64,000 bases of DNA from contig JAHRHZ010000048.1 in NCBI GenBank assembly GCA_024137785.1, positions 10,582,661 to 10,646,660 on the forward strand. Direction: 5' to 3'. Under the pieces are notes generated by a model. The model ran no database searches. It was not told the origin of the DNA and saw nothing but the letters and a program-made list of their open reading frames with translations. This stretch comes from Ginglymostoma cirratum (lineage: Eukaryota). The position numbers and the translations under genes are program-made. This document shows, piece by piece, positions 39,195-53,047 of this stretch; within the stretch, counting starts at the first letter, position 1; the number at the start of each line of letters is the position of its first letter.

Positions 39195-40789
39195 TATGGT
39201 TCAATGTGAAACTATCAGAAAGGAGAAGGAATAAATGGTCAGGTTAGCTTCAAACTGCATAGCGATTGGGGTAATCAGAATTTCAGAAACAGTTCACTCT
39301 GTTTAGGTTCTTGTAAAATTCCAGGTTAGTAATTTTGTTTTGTTTTTAATTTTGGCTATTTTTATAATCATTTTTATAAGTTCAACGCGACTTTCCAGAT
39401 AGACTGTGCACAGATTATGTTACAGAATCCGCACATTTTGCGACCCAAGGCACAAATGATAATTGGCAACACGTGTAGACTCCTTCATTCAAGTCCACAT
39501 TGAACATCTTCTTTGGCCGATCAGACTTGCGACGCAGTTTACATCCACTTACGTCGCACCATAAATGATGTTGAAAGGCAGCGTGGAGTTGCGATCGATA
39601 CACACAGACCCAAGAAACAAACAATAAACAGAAGCTGTCAACAGGGGCTGACAGAAAGATGATTTGCGACGAAAAAAAGTGGAAGTTTGGTTAACAAACT
39701 GATGGACGTTAAGATATGCTCTCAATACAGAGTTAGAAACGGAGAGCTAATGTAAATGAATAAAGTAAATTGTGTGCTGAATGTTCCTGTCTGGGAAATG
39801 AGAACAAGCATGTTTATTTAGAGCTGCGAGAATTGACTTTTTTTTAGAGAAATGAAAACTTTTTTTAAAAGAAAACTTTGTATATAACTTTGGAAGTTGC
39901 TTTCAGACTGCTGCAGACACGATTTGTGTTACCGATGTAAACCAATTTGTCACTGTCCGCTTTAATTATTGGGGAAACGCCAGGGTTCAGCAGCCTTTCC
40001 ACTTAATATATTGTTTAAAGGTTTCACTCGCCTGCCTGGATAGCCTTTCACCACATCACTTCACCCATCTCCTGATCTCGGCCGTCTCTCACGTAAAGTT
40101 TTCTGAGCCCAAGTTTGTTCTAAATGTGGGATCAAACCTCAATGAAGCATTTATAGCAAATGATTAGACTATCCTCACGCCAACAACCCCATGCCCCCCA
40201 ATCGCAACAAGACCATCGTTAATACAAATACGAAATTAGCTTTCCATCCCTCTCCCTCCTATTTATTAATCATTAGAAGTTCTCTTGTTTGCAACTGGCT
40301 CCTATTCATGTTTAAGAAAACAGTCTCTTTCGGGTAATTTTAAATAATCATGTTTATTTTGTCACGTGCTCAAGGTACGGACATATACAACCGCTTATTT
40401 GTAATTCATTTTTACCTATAATTGCCGGTTCTAGAACGGTGTCTTTTTTTTTAAACTACAGTACCATATTGTTTATTCAAGGTATAGGAAGCATGCAGTG
40501 GCCCGTTTCACCTGCTGTCTGTCTTGTCTTTCTCTGTGAACAGTCAGATCAGAGCTCGTTTTAACTTTCATTAATCAGTGAGTTGGCTGCTGCTTCAACT
40601 TTCCGGTTTCTTGTATTGTTTTTACATTTCGTCCGTGAACACTTTGTTGTTCATTTAAAGGTGCAGGTTACAGGCGCTTTCTCTACCCCCACACCACAAC
40701 CCCCCCCCCCCCCACCCCCTTCCCTTCTCTATCTGTCTCTGTGCCCTCAGGGCCAATCTGAGAACATGCAGCCAGTAGATTGCTTTCAG

Positions 40790-42420
40790 AGGCAGGCTCT
40801 GCGATGATGGATTGCCATGTCAATTTAACCGGCGAAGGATTAATTTGTTTCAATGATTTCTCTTTAGGCAGAACGCCAGCATTTTTCTATCTCTTCCTTT
40901 CCCCTTCTCTCTCCTCTTTACAACCAAAGTAGATGTAGTTTGTAAGGGTGATAATAGTAAGAGATAAGTTTGACTCGGCCGTGGCGTGACATTGCAATAA
41001 CGCTACACAGTGATGTTCTATCTCCTTAAAATGACTGCTAGCTATCTGATCTTAACTTTACAATCACATTTATTATGTGGATGCTTGTTTATAACTCACC
41101 ACAGAACAATTTCTGCATGGTGTCTGTTTTTTAGCCTAACGCCATTTCAATGCCAAAAGCAAAAAAAAAGTCATTTTAAAGTTCTGCATAAAAACATTGA
41201 TGATCAACTTATTTCCGAAGAACTATTAAACCAGAGGGGATTGTGGACCTGACATTGTCTGTACACATAGGAACAATGCACTGATGCAGGCAAATTTATC
41301 AAACTCCAATTTTGCTCTTTGTAAAATAATGGCTTAGATGATCTGCTATCCTAAATGACTGGCTATTAGCAAGCCTCGATCCACAATCAGCCTCCACCCC
41401 TCCCCCGCCCCCACCATCCCATCCCGCCACACATCCGTCCTTAATGCATGTAACTTGATTACTTGATTCCATCGTGCACAATTACTTGCTGAAATCTTGT
41501 TTCTTCCTAATTATTTCGGCTAATGAGTTGGTCTTCTCGTTTCTCTTAAACGGACGAGTTAATCAATAAGACTCCATAATGCATATAGACAAACGTTGTT
41601 TCTATATTTCTGTAACGTCCTGCACATTGACCGGCCTAGACTGAAGATCCTGCACCCTCCCACCACCCCGCCCCCCCATTCTTATTTACATTACGCATGA
41701 ATATTTCGGTTTAAGGTATTAAAGTATTGATCAATTCGGATGAAAATAGGTCAGTTATTCGATTTTACTTGTACTGTCACTGGCACTGCATAGGCAGAGT
41801 GGTTTAGGCTGGAAGCTCCCTTCTGCCCTTCTAGATGACAATTTATATGTTACTAGATCACATGGCGCAAATAGCTGTAGACTCCCATCGAAAACTTGGT
41901 GAAGAAGATTAATAGGACTCGTCAGAGCTATGAAAGCACAGCTTTGCAGTAAATTTATGCTCCAGGAAGATAAATTGCTGATGAAGATTTTAGTTATCAA
42001 ACATCTCCAGGCCTCGACGACTAGATTTAATTAGAATTTTTTTCTCTCCAAAATCTGAAATTATGTAGTGCAGAAATCAACTTCGTAGGATCATTAAAGC
42101 ATTTCAAACGGAGCTCCTTTTGACTTTTTTTTGGGCCAGCCTCGCATTTTTGTCTAATGGATGAACAGCCTCCCCCATTCCGCCTTGTTTTATTTGAAAT
42201 ATCATGCTGGCCCTTTAATTTTAAGCAGGCATTATTCAAGTCGCTGATTTATGATCAATAGCAACCGACAGAAATGTGTGTATTAAGTACCTCCTTCTCT
42301 AGTGATGGAAATGGCTGTAAGGAGAAAGTATAGCATATCCTTCATGCCAGGGAGTTTAGTGGTCACAATAGAAGCCGCGCGGTAAAGTGCGTAATAGAAT
42401 GATAACTTCGCATAAGCATT
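40790..42420. promoter_or_regulatory. Putative cluster of conserved non-coding elements/enhancers upstream of NR2F2
   Basis: Non-repetitive, non-coding blocks dense in homeodomain, Pbx-Hox and Meis-like words (TAAT, TGATTTATG, TGACA). NR2F2 loci are known to be surrounded by CNEs. Conservation itself cannot be seen from one sequence. Confidence 0.4.
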
Positions 42421-45400
42421 GTCAGATCCGCTGCTCTCAAAACATTGGCTGCCAACTTACGCGCATATCCTCCATCACCAGCTTTTCACCAGAGTAACTG
42501 TTTCAGAAGTCCCAAGTCAGGTGAAAATTTTGATATCGTCTGGCAATTAGAATCTCCAGAGACTAACATCTGAAGTTTGACTGGGGGCTGGACGCAAACC
42601 ACTTGGAGAAAATATGCCTTGGGGAGTGAGAAATAAAAATCCCTTTAATGTAGTTGTGTTATGAATCTAGCGAACTGTATTGAGAATCCCTGACAGCGAG
42701 TGAATTAGGGTCTGAGCTCCATTACAATGTGTTGTGTTCAAATCCGTCTGCTCGTCCCTCCAACTTTGCAGCTATTGACTTAGCAAGTGAACAGAACAGG
42801 CGAGAAAATATATAGTTACGATTTGGCGCATCATTTCATCCAGGAACATTTTGGGACCTTTCGCATTTTGCGATTGGACACAAGTAAAATCAATTATTAC
42901 ATCTCATCTGTTTGGATTAGTGAAAATTGGAAATGATGAAAAATTGGAACTTTATTCATTTATATAAAGCTTTGAGAAATGGTGAGATTTTGGCACGGAG
43001 TGCGTTATAATAGAAAATAGGTCACTTCACAGTACTCGTATTCATTACACACAAATCTGGGAGTTCATTGCGAAATGCATATTTAACGCAGTACTTTTCA
43101 AATCTGTTGACTTAAATATCATTTTGACCATGCTTTATTTAAACCTGGCACATACATCTGTTTGTTTTCTGCCAATTAATTTGTGACTTTATTATGGCAA
43201 ACGCTGGAAAGAAGCGAATTCATGCGACACTAATGGGGAACGTTTTACTTTATTAAAATATTAAAAGTTGGTAACTCGCCCTTTCCAGAGCGGGCTCACT
43301 TCGCGGTGAGCAACATCCGACCGAACCACTTGAACACCCTATGTACTCTTTCTTCTTTTGAAATGAAAATGCAAAATGCTGCCGGAAGAAATTAAAATAA
43401 CAATTCCATCATTTACAACTATCAATTTGAAACTTTTTAAATAACTTTCTCAACCAATTTAAATGATCCCGATCCTAACTGTTGCGCGATATTCGGACAG
43501 TACAACCGCTCCAGTGACTAATAGCAAGTTTTAATGCGGAGGAAGACGCATTATCCTTGGTGGTTGTAAAGCTAATTTGCCAGTTAATAGCACTTAAGAT
43601 AGATACTTTAGAACAAAATAAAAGTGCCTTGGCTGTACATTGTAAAATTTACTGTTAAATTGGAAGGATCCAATTGTTATATTTTTATCTATATATTTCC
43701 ATTTTTCACGGTGCAGGTTAACAGAGTTAAAACAAATTTGGTGCTTGAACACAAGCAGAAAACCCAAGAAAGTTGTTCCACAAGGATATTTACGTACCTT
43801 CATCATAACAAAAGTTACCTTTATCTTTACAGCTATCCTAGAATCCACCATTATATGGTAAGTTGATGAAATGAGTTTTATAATTAATTTGTTTTAGATG
43901 TCTTTCCAGGATTGTGCATCCACTTCCCTGAAGAAGAGTAACCATCCCAAACTACACACAGCATGGTTAAAATGCCAAATGTATTTTCCTTGAAAAGTTA
44001 CTTTTTTAATCTAATTAATCAAATCTGATGGTAGTCTGATAATTTCAGAAACTGCACCATATATTTCATGACTTTAACAATCGACTTCCTGTCCCATCTC
44101 AAGAGTCTCTCACCAACTTGAGTCAATTTGGATGCAGTCATGAAATTGATCATATTGTGCAAACTGACCCATTTTCTCACACAAAACATGACAGAATATC
44201 ACACCTGTGAAATTTCTTTCCATTCTTATCTAGGCAAGGTAGGTCAATGTCAATCTGTCACTAGATGCAGAAGATTCAATATGTTCTCTTAAATTGTTGA
44301 ACTTCAGCTGGAAAATTTCACTAATGGGATAGTCTAATTATTATGCAATCTTTTTATAGTTGAAAGATACCTACTGTAACCTACTGTAACTGCTATAACA
44401 ATGCTCAACTAAAATTGGTTTAATGTGCCCCATTCCTAGTCTAAATTACAGGCTGAATGCATCCCTCAAAACCCATAAATATTAACTTTGCAATCAAATT
44501 TCTCCTATATGTTAATGTGTGAAATAACAGGTTTGTTTACATTCAGAATGCCATGATTGTTTAACTTACAGACAATTTTTAGAAAAAATACAAAAGCATG
44601 AATTACAATACAATTAAATTATGTCTGAAACTGCATCTTTACCTTCTGAAATGTTATTTAATGACAGTGCAGCACCTCCTGCAAAAAGTAGTGTTCTAAT
44701 TTAAGATAATGAGCCTTCCACCTCATCAGCTTTATATGTAAAGTATATGTAACTGCAAATTGTGAAATCCTAAGTTATACATAATTGGGAGCCAAGAACA
44801 AACTTTTTGAGTGAGTTGCATTGATATTCCGATATGTTATATATGATTATGATATATGATAATAATGTAACATATTATGAACAATGGCTGTGTGGAACAG
44901 TGCCACTCTTAACCAATTTAAAAGATCCTGATTCCCATTTTTGTGCAATTTTTGGACACTGTAACAGATCCGTGACCAACAGCACATTTTAAGGGTGAAG
45001 TATTTTCTCTGCAACTGTGATCACAATATCATAATACTTTGATTTGAGTTGTACATCTTATGCTTTGCAGTTGTGAAAATATTGAAAGATGCGTACATCA
45101 GTAATCAGCCTGTTCTTCATGAGCGTTCTGCCTAAATTCCATTTAGGAGCAAAGCTAAGTGAAGTGTTATCATTTGACATATATCAGTGAAAAAAAATCA
45201 GTAATTAAAATTATCATTTAAGCTCACATAATTTCTGCTGAGATTTCTTACACCAAAGATATTTTGAACATTACAACTGCTATTCAGAAACTAATATAAC
45301 ATTACTCATTTCTGCGCGTTAACAAAAAGAATTTATCTTTAATGTTGTTTTTAAAGACAGGAGGAGTTTTATTATGTTAAGTTTGAACCAGTTTCTGTCT

Positions 45401-46222
45401 CAGTGGATCAGTGAAAACCTTTTCAAATTCTTGGTGAAAACATAATGAGAAATTAAACACATCTGCATATATACTTTGCTGTGTTCTGGAATGAAAATGG
45501 ATACCATCATTATTAGAGAAAGGAACAGCAATTATCAAAAGAGATGAGAGTTTTAAACCGATATAACATTTTGTATGTTCAACATTGACTTCAATCCAGC
45601 TGAGTTTGCTTGTTCATTTTAACAGATGCTCAAGTATATGTTTCTGAAGCTTTTGTTGTTCCTTAGTTTGTTTAACATATTGCCTTTGATCCCATTGATC
45701 TTTTTTTTAAACTCACTGCACACTTCAAAATCATCACATTTCATGTCTCAGATCTATTGCATCTGGACTTTTGACCAGTTAGTTTTCTCATTTCTGAGCA
45801 TTGTCAATTGCTCCACAGCAATGGCCAATTACATTAATCAATGTAAGGATCTCAAAAGAGACCCTGAGAAATATTCAGAAACATATGTTCTAACAATTTT
45901 GTGACTATGAATTACCAAATGTTAGTTCAGGGAACATATTTCCATTTCCATTATCAAAGTACAAGAGGCCAATGTATTGGATTGAAAATGATGGCCTCCT
46001 AGAGTCTTTTGATCATGTGTTTTAGGATCTAATTTAGAGGAGCATTTCCAATACTGGTGTGATATTTTCCCATGTTTCACTGAAGTTATCCTGAGATTCC
46101 TCCATACCATTTGATAACAGTTGTACTAAATTTTGACAGGTTTGCTTTGTGTGTCCAGGGGCCACTTAAAATTAGGCTGAGGTGTTTTTGGCAGAACTTT
46201 ACTAACAACAACAATCGAGAGC

Positions 46223-46700
46223 CATAGAGTCATTAAGTCATTCAGCATGAAAACAGACCCTTCAGTCCAACCAGCCCATGCCGAGCACAATCCCAAACTA
46301 AACCAGCCCCACCCACCTATTCCTGGTCCAAATCTATCCAAATCTTTTGTATTCTTGCACTTATCTAAGTGTCTTTTAAACGTTGTAACTGTGCCCCCAT
46401 CCACCACTTCCTCTGAAAGTTCATTCCACATGTGAACCACCCTCAGTGTAAAAAATTTGCCCCTCATGTCTTTTTTAAATCTCTCTTCTCTCACCTTTAA
46501 AAAATGCCCCTTAGCCTTGATATCTCCCATTTTAAGGAAAAGACACCTACCATTAACCCGACCTGAGCGCCTCATGATTTTATAAACCTTTATAAGGTTA
46601 CCTCTCATCCTCCTATGCTCCATTGAAAGAAGACCTAGCTTTTCCAGTTTTTTTTTTACAACGTTCCATATCCGGCAACATCCTGGTAAATCTTTTCTGA
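46223..46700 (-). mobile_element. CR1-type LINE 3' fragment (ORF2 C-terminus and tail)
   Basis: Translation LEKLGLLSMEHRRMRGNLIKVYKIM...KFFTLRVVHMWNELSEEVV...FKRHLDK is the typical CR1 ORF2 end, followed by a short-repeat tail. Confidence 0.9.
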
Positions 46701-46769
46701 TCAACTTGTATTATATATTGTCTTGAAAGTAGTAAACTTCCCAAAGTACTAAAGAAAAATCCTGTCAGA

Positions 46770-46932
46770 TAAAACTTGGTGCTCAGTCACTTCAACATAT
46801 TGAGCCAGGTGACTTAAAGCTTGGCCGATTTTGAAGAAGGACAGAAAGCAGTGGAGAAGCTGTGAGGTATGGGGAGATAATTCTGCAGCTTAGTGCCTTG
46901 GCAGTTGGAAGCACAGCTGCTAACAATGGTGA
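46770..46932 (-). mobile_element. Degenerate L2-like LINE fragment
   Basis: caggtgacttaaagcttgg...ttctgcagcttagtgccttggcagttggaagcacagctgctaacaatggtg resembles, from memory, a common old shark LINE segment. Heavily diverged. Confidence 0.35.
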
Positions 46933-48807
46933 ATGATGTCTTATCAACATCAGATCTCAATTAGTACTTAAAGTTAAAGATAATGAATTCCATCACATTC
47001 AACTTAGAATATTCCAATATACTAGAGGTAGCAAATTATTACTGAATATTGAAATTCAAAGTGTCATAATAGGGATAGCTGCAGTAAACTGCCAGAGGAT
47101 AGGAAATGCGAGGCGTTATTTACAGTATTCCTGTTTTAGGTTGTCAGAATACTGCTGCTGTCTTCAAACAGCAAAGATAAAGAATAAACATCAGTTAACC
47201 ATCATGCCTTTAAGCAATTAAATTTTCATATGCAATTGTCTACATGACTGAGATATTTTAAAAAACAATGTGATAATGTATTGAGTCTGAAGGGCTTGTT
47301 TGGCAAATGTTCCAGACAATTTGAGTTCTAACACAAACAAACTAATTTGATTGTTTAAGGGTATTAGATGCTGGCTTATTCAAACCTCCTGCAGTTCTTT
47401 TGCATTATGAGCGCTGGATTCCTTTGTGGCTTTAAACTTTCAAGCCATGTTGGATGGAAATTGTACTGTGAAAATGTAATCAAAATCTTTAGTTAACAAA
47501 GATTTAACTGCAAGTTAACAGGTTTCCAGAACTTGAGATTTTTTAAATGGTCACATTTTTAGACTGCAAGGCACCCAAAACTGAAGAAATATTCTGTGTA
47601 AGAGGTGAAGCTAAAGTATCACACAAAATACAAAACACAATTAGATAAAATTATGAGCAGAAACATGAATTTTTGTTCCATGCTCACCAAAATTGTAAGT
47701 GACTGGAGTAAGTTCTCCAATCTCTGAGCTAGCCAGCAACAGCTCTGTGTATGAGAAGTTAATATAATACCACATTATCGTACACTTCTACAGAAATCAT
47801 ATGTGGTAAAGGCAGATAAACATGCATTTTATGAATGTTCCTCCGTAAAAGTAGCTTAGGGCTATTTCATTCACAACGTTTCAAATTATACCGTCTTCTT
47901 TTTAGAAGCTGTCGTTTTGATACAGAAAAGATTTGCTTCCCTTCATTATGCTGAAAATGTTAAAGTATGAATGTATATAGATGGAAACTGATGACCTGAA
48001 TTCTTACTGGTAAAGGAAATTTGTCTTCATAACTATAATGGACAACATGGCTTAGATAATATGTTTTAAGCCACAACTAAATCATTTGTGGTTTCCTTAG
48101 TTCTTAACTATACATCTTAAAACCCCATGTGTAGATCACAGACTCAATTAGTTGAAACCTTCCGATTTAGTAAAAATCAAACATAAATCTTTATTTATGG
48201 TAAAATAATTTTTACAGCCTTAGTTGCCGGTTTTTTACTTCCAGAACATGATAGAAGAAAGTAGTTGTCTCTTGTTATTTTTTCTGAAATTTAGTCACAG
48301 AATACTGGACACATTGGAAAGCACCTGGAAATAAAAATATTTTCACAAGTATTCAAACGAGCCTAATTCTAATGAAGACTTTAGGGATACAGAAGTAATG
48401 ACCACCGATCCAGGAGTTATGCCTGCCCTGTAAGTACATCCAGACAAATTTCTGAAAAATCACGGATAGCAGATGGAATTACAATTTACAAAATAATCAA
48501 TACTTGATGAAAAATATGTGCATGACTATACCAGTTTATGTTTAAGCATTTATCTGGAACCAGAAAATCATTTAGATATTCCTCAGATTTTGTACTGGAT
48601 TATCACTACTTAAATGTTTTTAATTGTTTATTTTCACTGCTTTACACTGAAGTAAGTTATTTCAACTAATAGACAGAAGGGTTCACCTTTAGGTCTCAAG
48701 ACTTGCCAACCATTTGTGTTCCTCAGGTGTCTCCAGGAATTGAAAGCTATTCTCTATGAATCTAGGGATAAAAATGTTGAAGTATTAGGAACATGTGTGT
48801 ATTTCAG

Positions 48808-49706
48808 AGATGGCATGAACTGCAGATACTGGAGTCAGAGACAACGGGTGGCATGGTGGCTCAGTGGTTAGCACTGCTGCCTCACAGTGCTAGGGACCCA
48901 GGTTCAATTCCAGCCTTGGGCATCTGTCTGTGTGGAGTTTGCACATTCTGCGTGTCTCTGGTTTCCTCCCACAGTCCAAAGATGTGCAGGTTAGGTGGAT
49001 TGGCCATGCTAAATTGCCTGTAGTGTTCAGGGAGGTGTGGGTTAGCTGGGTTGTTGGGGGGGGTGGGATTCTCTGAGGTTCGGTGTGGACTTGTTGGGCC
49101 AAAGGGCCTGTTTCCACACTGTAGGGATTCTATGATATTCTAACATAGTGTGGAGCTGGAGGAACTCAGAGGAGCAGGAAAGTTGATGTTTTGGGTCGGG
49201 ACCCTTCTTCAAAAATGGGGAGGGGGAAGGGAGCTGTGAAATAGAGAGAGGAGGGGTGGGGCTGCAGAAGGTATGTGGGATGGTGATAGGTGAGTGCAGG
49301 TAGGGAGTGATGGGGATTGGTCAGTGAGGTGAGAGGGATGGACAGGTTGTGTCAGGTCGAGGAAGCAGGGATGAGAGGCTGGGTTGGACATGGAATGAGG
49401 CAGGGGATGGCAGATTTTAAAACTGGTGAATTCCATGTTTAAGCCATTGGGCTGTAGACTCACGAGGTGTTGCTCCTCCAGTATATGTGTGGCATCATTG
49501 TGACACTGGAGGATGCCCAGGATGGACATGTCACCCAGGGAGTGAGAGGGGGAGTTAAAATGTTTCATGACCGGAAGGTGTTGTCTTTTGTAACATACCG
49601 AATGCAGATGCTCTATGAAACAGTCTTTGAGTCTATGCTTGTTCTCACTCATATAGAGGAGCCCACATCGGGCTCGTAGACGAGCTTGATGGATGTACAG
49701 GTGAAC
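48808..49706 (-). mobile_element. Penelope-like element 3' portion with decayed GIY-YIG endonuclease, interrupted by a SINE
   Basis: ORF 49209-49652 gives ENKHRLKDCFIEHLHSV...LPVMKHFNSPSHSLGDMSILGILQC...LEEQHL..LQPNGLNMEF, the C-terminus of a PLE GIY-YIG domain. It is followed by a C-rich tract, a degenerate hammerhead box (about 49185-49212) and the pLTR/tail, which is split by the SINE at 48846-49140. Confidence 0.88.
48846..49140 (+). mobile_element. HE1-like tRNA-derived V-SINE
   Basis: A box TGGCTCAGTGG, B box GGTTCAATTCC, V-domain-like ctgtgtggagtttgcacattct, CR1-like tail gggccaaagggcctgtttccacactgtagggattctatga. Confidence 0.9.
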
Positions 49707-51727
49707 ACTTTTGTTTATTAGTTAAAAAGTTCATGTATATTGTATATTAGTTAAAAGGGGCATTTTAAAAAAACTGAGTGGGGTTGCATAAAGGCAGAAA
49801 GTTATGCATTGAACCCATCAGGAATACACCCAAATGAAGTTGGCAAATGTCTTCGTGCTTTCGTGTGTCGATACTTCCTTGATTCAGCTATTCGATTGAT
49901 GGGTAAAATATTAGTCCAGGACCAAGAACAGAGAAAAAAAAGGCATTGATGATCCTCTTAATGCCTTTTAAAATATTTTTTGGAAGAATGTCTGGGTGAC
50001 ACCAAGCAATGCAGAACTCTACAAATGCTGTTTGAGCAGTTGATCATGAAACACAAATAAATGTGGGAAAAAAGTCTATGTGCTGGTATTCGATGTAAGA
50101 TAGCATTTGGGATCAATTAGGCGAAAGGAATGTTGAAGTTTCTTGTTTACACATTCCTTCCCTTGATCTGTGGTTATAGTCACAGAACAGTCCAAGGTCT
50201 GAGGACAGAGACCAGCAAAGTCAGAAATCAATAAATCATCCCTAAATTTATAATGGACTGTAAAAAGGAAACAAAGAATTAGCTTTAAACAGTATTTAAG
50301 TTCTACCCAAAACTATTCCTGTCTAATAAATGTAACATTTGGGGAATCAGTGCAATTAATAGAGCAGTGGTTGCATTATATTAATTCTTAAAACATTAGA
50401 AGGAAAGTTTTGCAATAAAAGTTGTCCCTTAACCTCCAGTTGATCCTAATTAGAACGGGTGAAGATTTATTTTCTCTGAGTCCTCAGTAAATGGCTTTGG
50501 TCAGTATTAATTTACTTGAACTGGCTGTAAGTCCACAGCATAAAATGATTCTCAGATCTGGCATAGTTGCTTTTTTGTTAATTAGAAAGGCCATGTTGAT
50601 AAGTAGTGAAGGGGATGCAAAAGGTGTGTGTGTGTGAGTGAGAGAGAGAGAGGGAGACGGAGAGAGATCTAAGTGCTCTGGCATAACAATATGGAAGGAG
50701 CTGCTAATTACATTAAGTCCTAATTTTTACCTTTCTTGATTGTGCTTGATGCCGTTACCAGGTACAAAATGAAAACATTTTATTTCCACCATACTGTCAA
50801 TCCTCACAAATACATGAAAACACAATGTTAGAATATAGACCAACCTCTGTAACAAGATCTTGTGCACAATTTCAGAATACATAGAGATGAGTTTATGGAC
50901 TATCATATTCATGCTGAGATTATTCATATTTACTGGTAGAAAAGCAGGTCTATTAAAATGGAAAGTCCTCTAGCAAGGAAACTAATGCCCTCTTTAAAAC
51001 ATCAATTTACAGTCATATTAAAAAAAGTTTTAAAAATAAAATTTATAACCAGCAGGTTGACAATCATTAACATTGTTATGTATTCAGAGTTGAACTGTTT
51101 AGAGAACATACAAAGGGATTTTGTGGATGAGTTCAGGCATCTACAGCAGTGAGACTACAATTTATTTGATACTATTAATAATTCCTAGTCCATGACTGAC
51201 AAGGTGTGGAATATTATACAAATGTTACAAAAGAATCAAATGGCTAATAATTTAAGTAATACAGAGTATTTGCATCATGTTTCAATGATTGCTCTCAATG
51301 GTGCTGTTATATTTGTGTTGTGTTGGAAAATTATATTTTCCTTTTGCCTCCAAAGAACAAATTAATTTGAAATGCTTACCCATTGCACAATTTTTATGCA
51401 CATTAATTCAGCTCACAACTTTTCCCCACATGCTTTCCAGATTGGAATTTGATTTAAACTTTCAAACTAATTCAAAGATGGATTTTCTTGTACTTGATTT
51501 TAGAAATCTCAGGGGTCAGTTACTCAATTTTGTGACATTAAGAAATCTCTATTATCAAGAGCATTGCCCTAGCCCTGTAAAGCTACCTTGCTGTATAACT
51601 GATGGGAGAATAAAAAAAAGTTCCAATATATCAGAGGTATATATGCCACACACATATGCAAGTTGCAATTGTTGTATTCCATGATCCTTTGTACAAATTT
51701 AATTAAAATAATTGTATCGCAGCGTTT

Positions 51728-51945
51728 TCTGTTATTCATTTATGGGGCATGGGTAGCAAGTCCAGTAATTATTGCTTGTCCTTAACACGCATCGAGAAGT
51801 TAGTGGTGAGTTGTTTTCTTGAATCACTGTAGTCCATGTGATGTAATTACAACTACACTACTGTGAGGGATGGAGATTCAGGATTTTGATCCAGCAACAA
51901 TAAAGGAACAACATAATTCCAAGTCAGGATGGTAGTGACTGGAGT
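51728..51945 (-). mobile_element. Degenerate LINE 3' end (CR1/L2 group) whose terminus resembles the tail of the SINE at 60.8-61.2 kb
   Basis: ttattcatttatggggcatgggtagc...ttattgcttgtccttaa is a diverged reverse complement of that SINE's tail. It continues into LINE-like ggattttgatccagcaac...ttccaagtcaggatggt. Confidence 0.6.
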
Positions 51946-52709
51946 AAGAACAGAAGAAGAAGATCCATGTGTGTCACATTGGTACCTTTGGTCTGCTCAA
52001 CTGGGTTGTAAAATCTTTATTTTAAAAAATGCTTTTTGTCAGATTTTACTAACATCAAAGTATGTTCACCATAAATACAATATATAATGACAATGATAAA
52101 TAAACATAGCAGATATTCTCTTAAAATATCAAGCAAATTCACTACTTCTGCCCCAGTGATAAAAATTCAAGTAAGTGCTTCATTGATTCACAGGTTAAAC
52201 AATAACATAAGATTCAACTGGGTGCTTCCTAAACCATTTCTATTGTGATCCCATATTGAAGCTTGAAAATTATTGTGGCCCTTCAGCAATACTGGAAGTG
52301 GAGTGGAGAAGCTGTGAGAGCAAGGGCCTGTTAGACTGGGAGTACAGCTGTTACAGTGTGGTCAGTGCCCCAGGGTAGTTATTGTTACCACAGAACTCCT
52401 GGGTGTCTCCACTTCGGGAAACCCTGCTTGAACCATGGAAAATCCTCTCTTTTTCTCTTAGTACTGGAGTTTGGAGTATGAAATAAAGTACTGGAAGAAT
52501 TTTAACTTGAGAAAACAGTGGTCCTGAATGAAGATGCCAGGTTAACTGAAAATCTGAATGCTTCAGGAAACTGGTTGCAACTGCCAAGTTCTAGTTTTTA
52601 TTGAGGTGGAACAAGGTACAGGCAGCAAAGATGTTCTCAGGATTCAGACTGGCATTTTAAGTATGTTAATGAGCCTGAAAACCTCGGATTTAACCAGTTT
52701 TGCAGATTT

Positions 52710-53047
52710 GGGTGGCGCAGTGGCTCAGTGGTTAGCACTGCTGCCTCACAACACCAGGGACCCGGGTTTGATTCCAGCCTTGGGTGTCTGTCTGTGTGGA
52801 ATTTGCACATTCTCCCTGTGTCTGTGTGGGTTTCCTCTGGGTGCTCCAGTTTCCTCCCACAGTCCGAAGATGTGCAGGTTAGGTGGATTGGCCATGCTAA
52901 ATAGCCCATAGTGCCCAGGGATGTTTAGGTTAGGTGGGTTAGACATGGGAAATACAGGAGTAGAGGATTTAGTTTGCTCTTCTGAGGGTCAGTGTGGACT
53001 TGGAGGGCTGAATGGCCTGTTTCCATAGTGTAGGGATTCTATTCTAT
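52710..53047 (+). mobile_element. HE1-like V-SINE (near full length)
   Basis: A box TGGCTCAGTGG, B-box-like GGTTTGATTCC, V-domain, tail ...ggcctgtttccatagtgtagggattctattctat. Clearly homologous to 48846-49140. Confidence 0.92.

Noticed and set aside
48846-48920. tRNA-like A/B boxes (also at 52710, 53560 and 60829)
   Set aside because: These are SINE heads, not tRNA genes; they continue into SINE bodies with no full cloverleaf.
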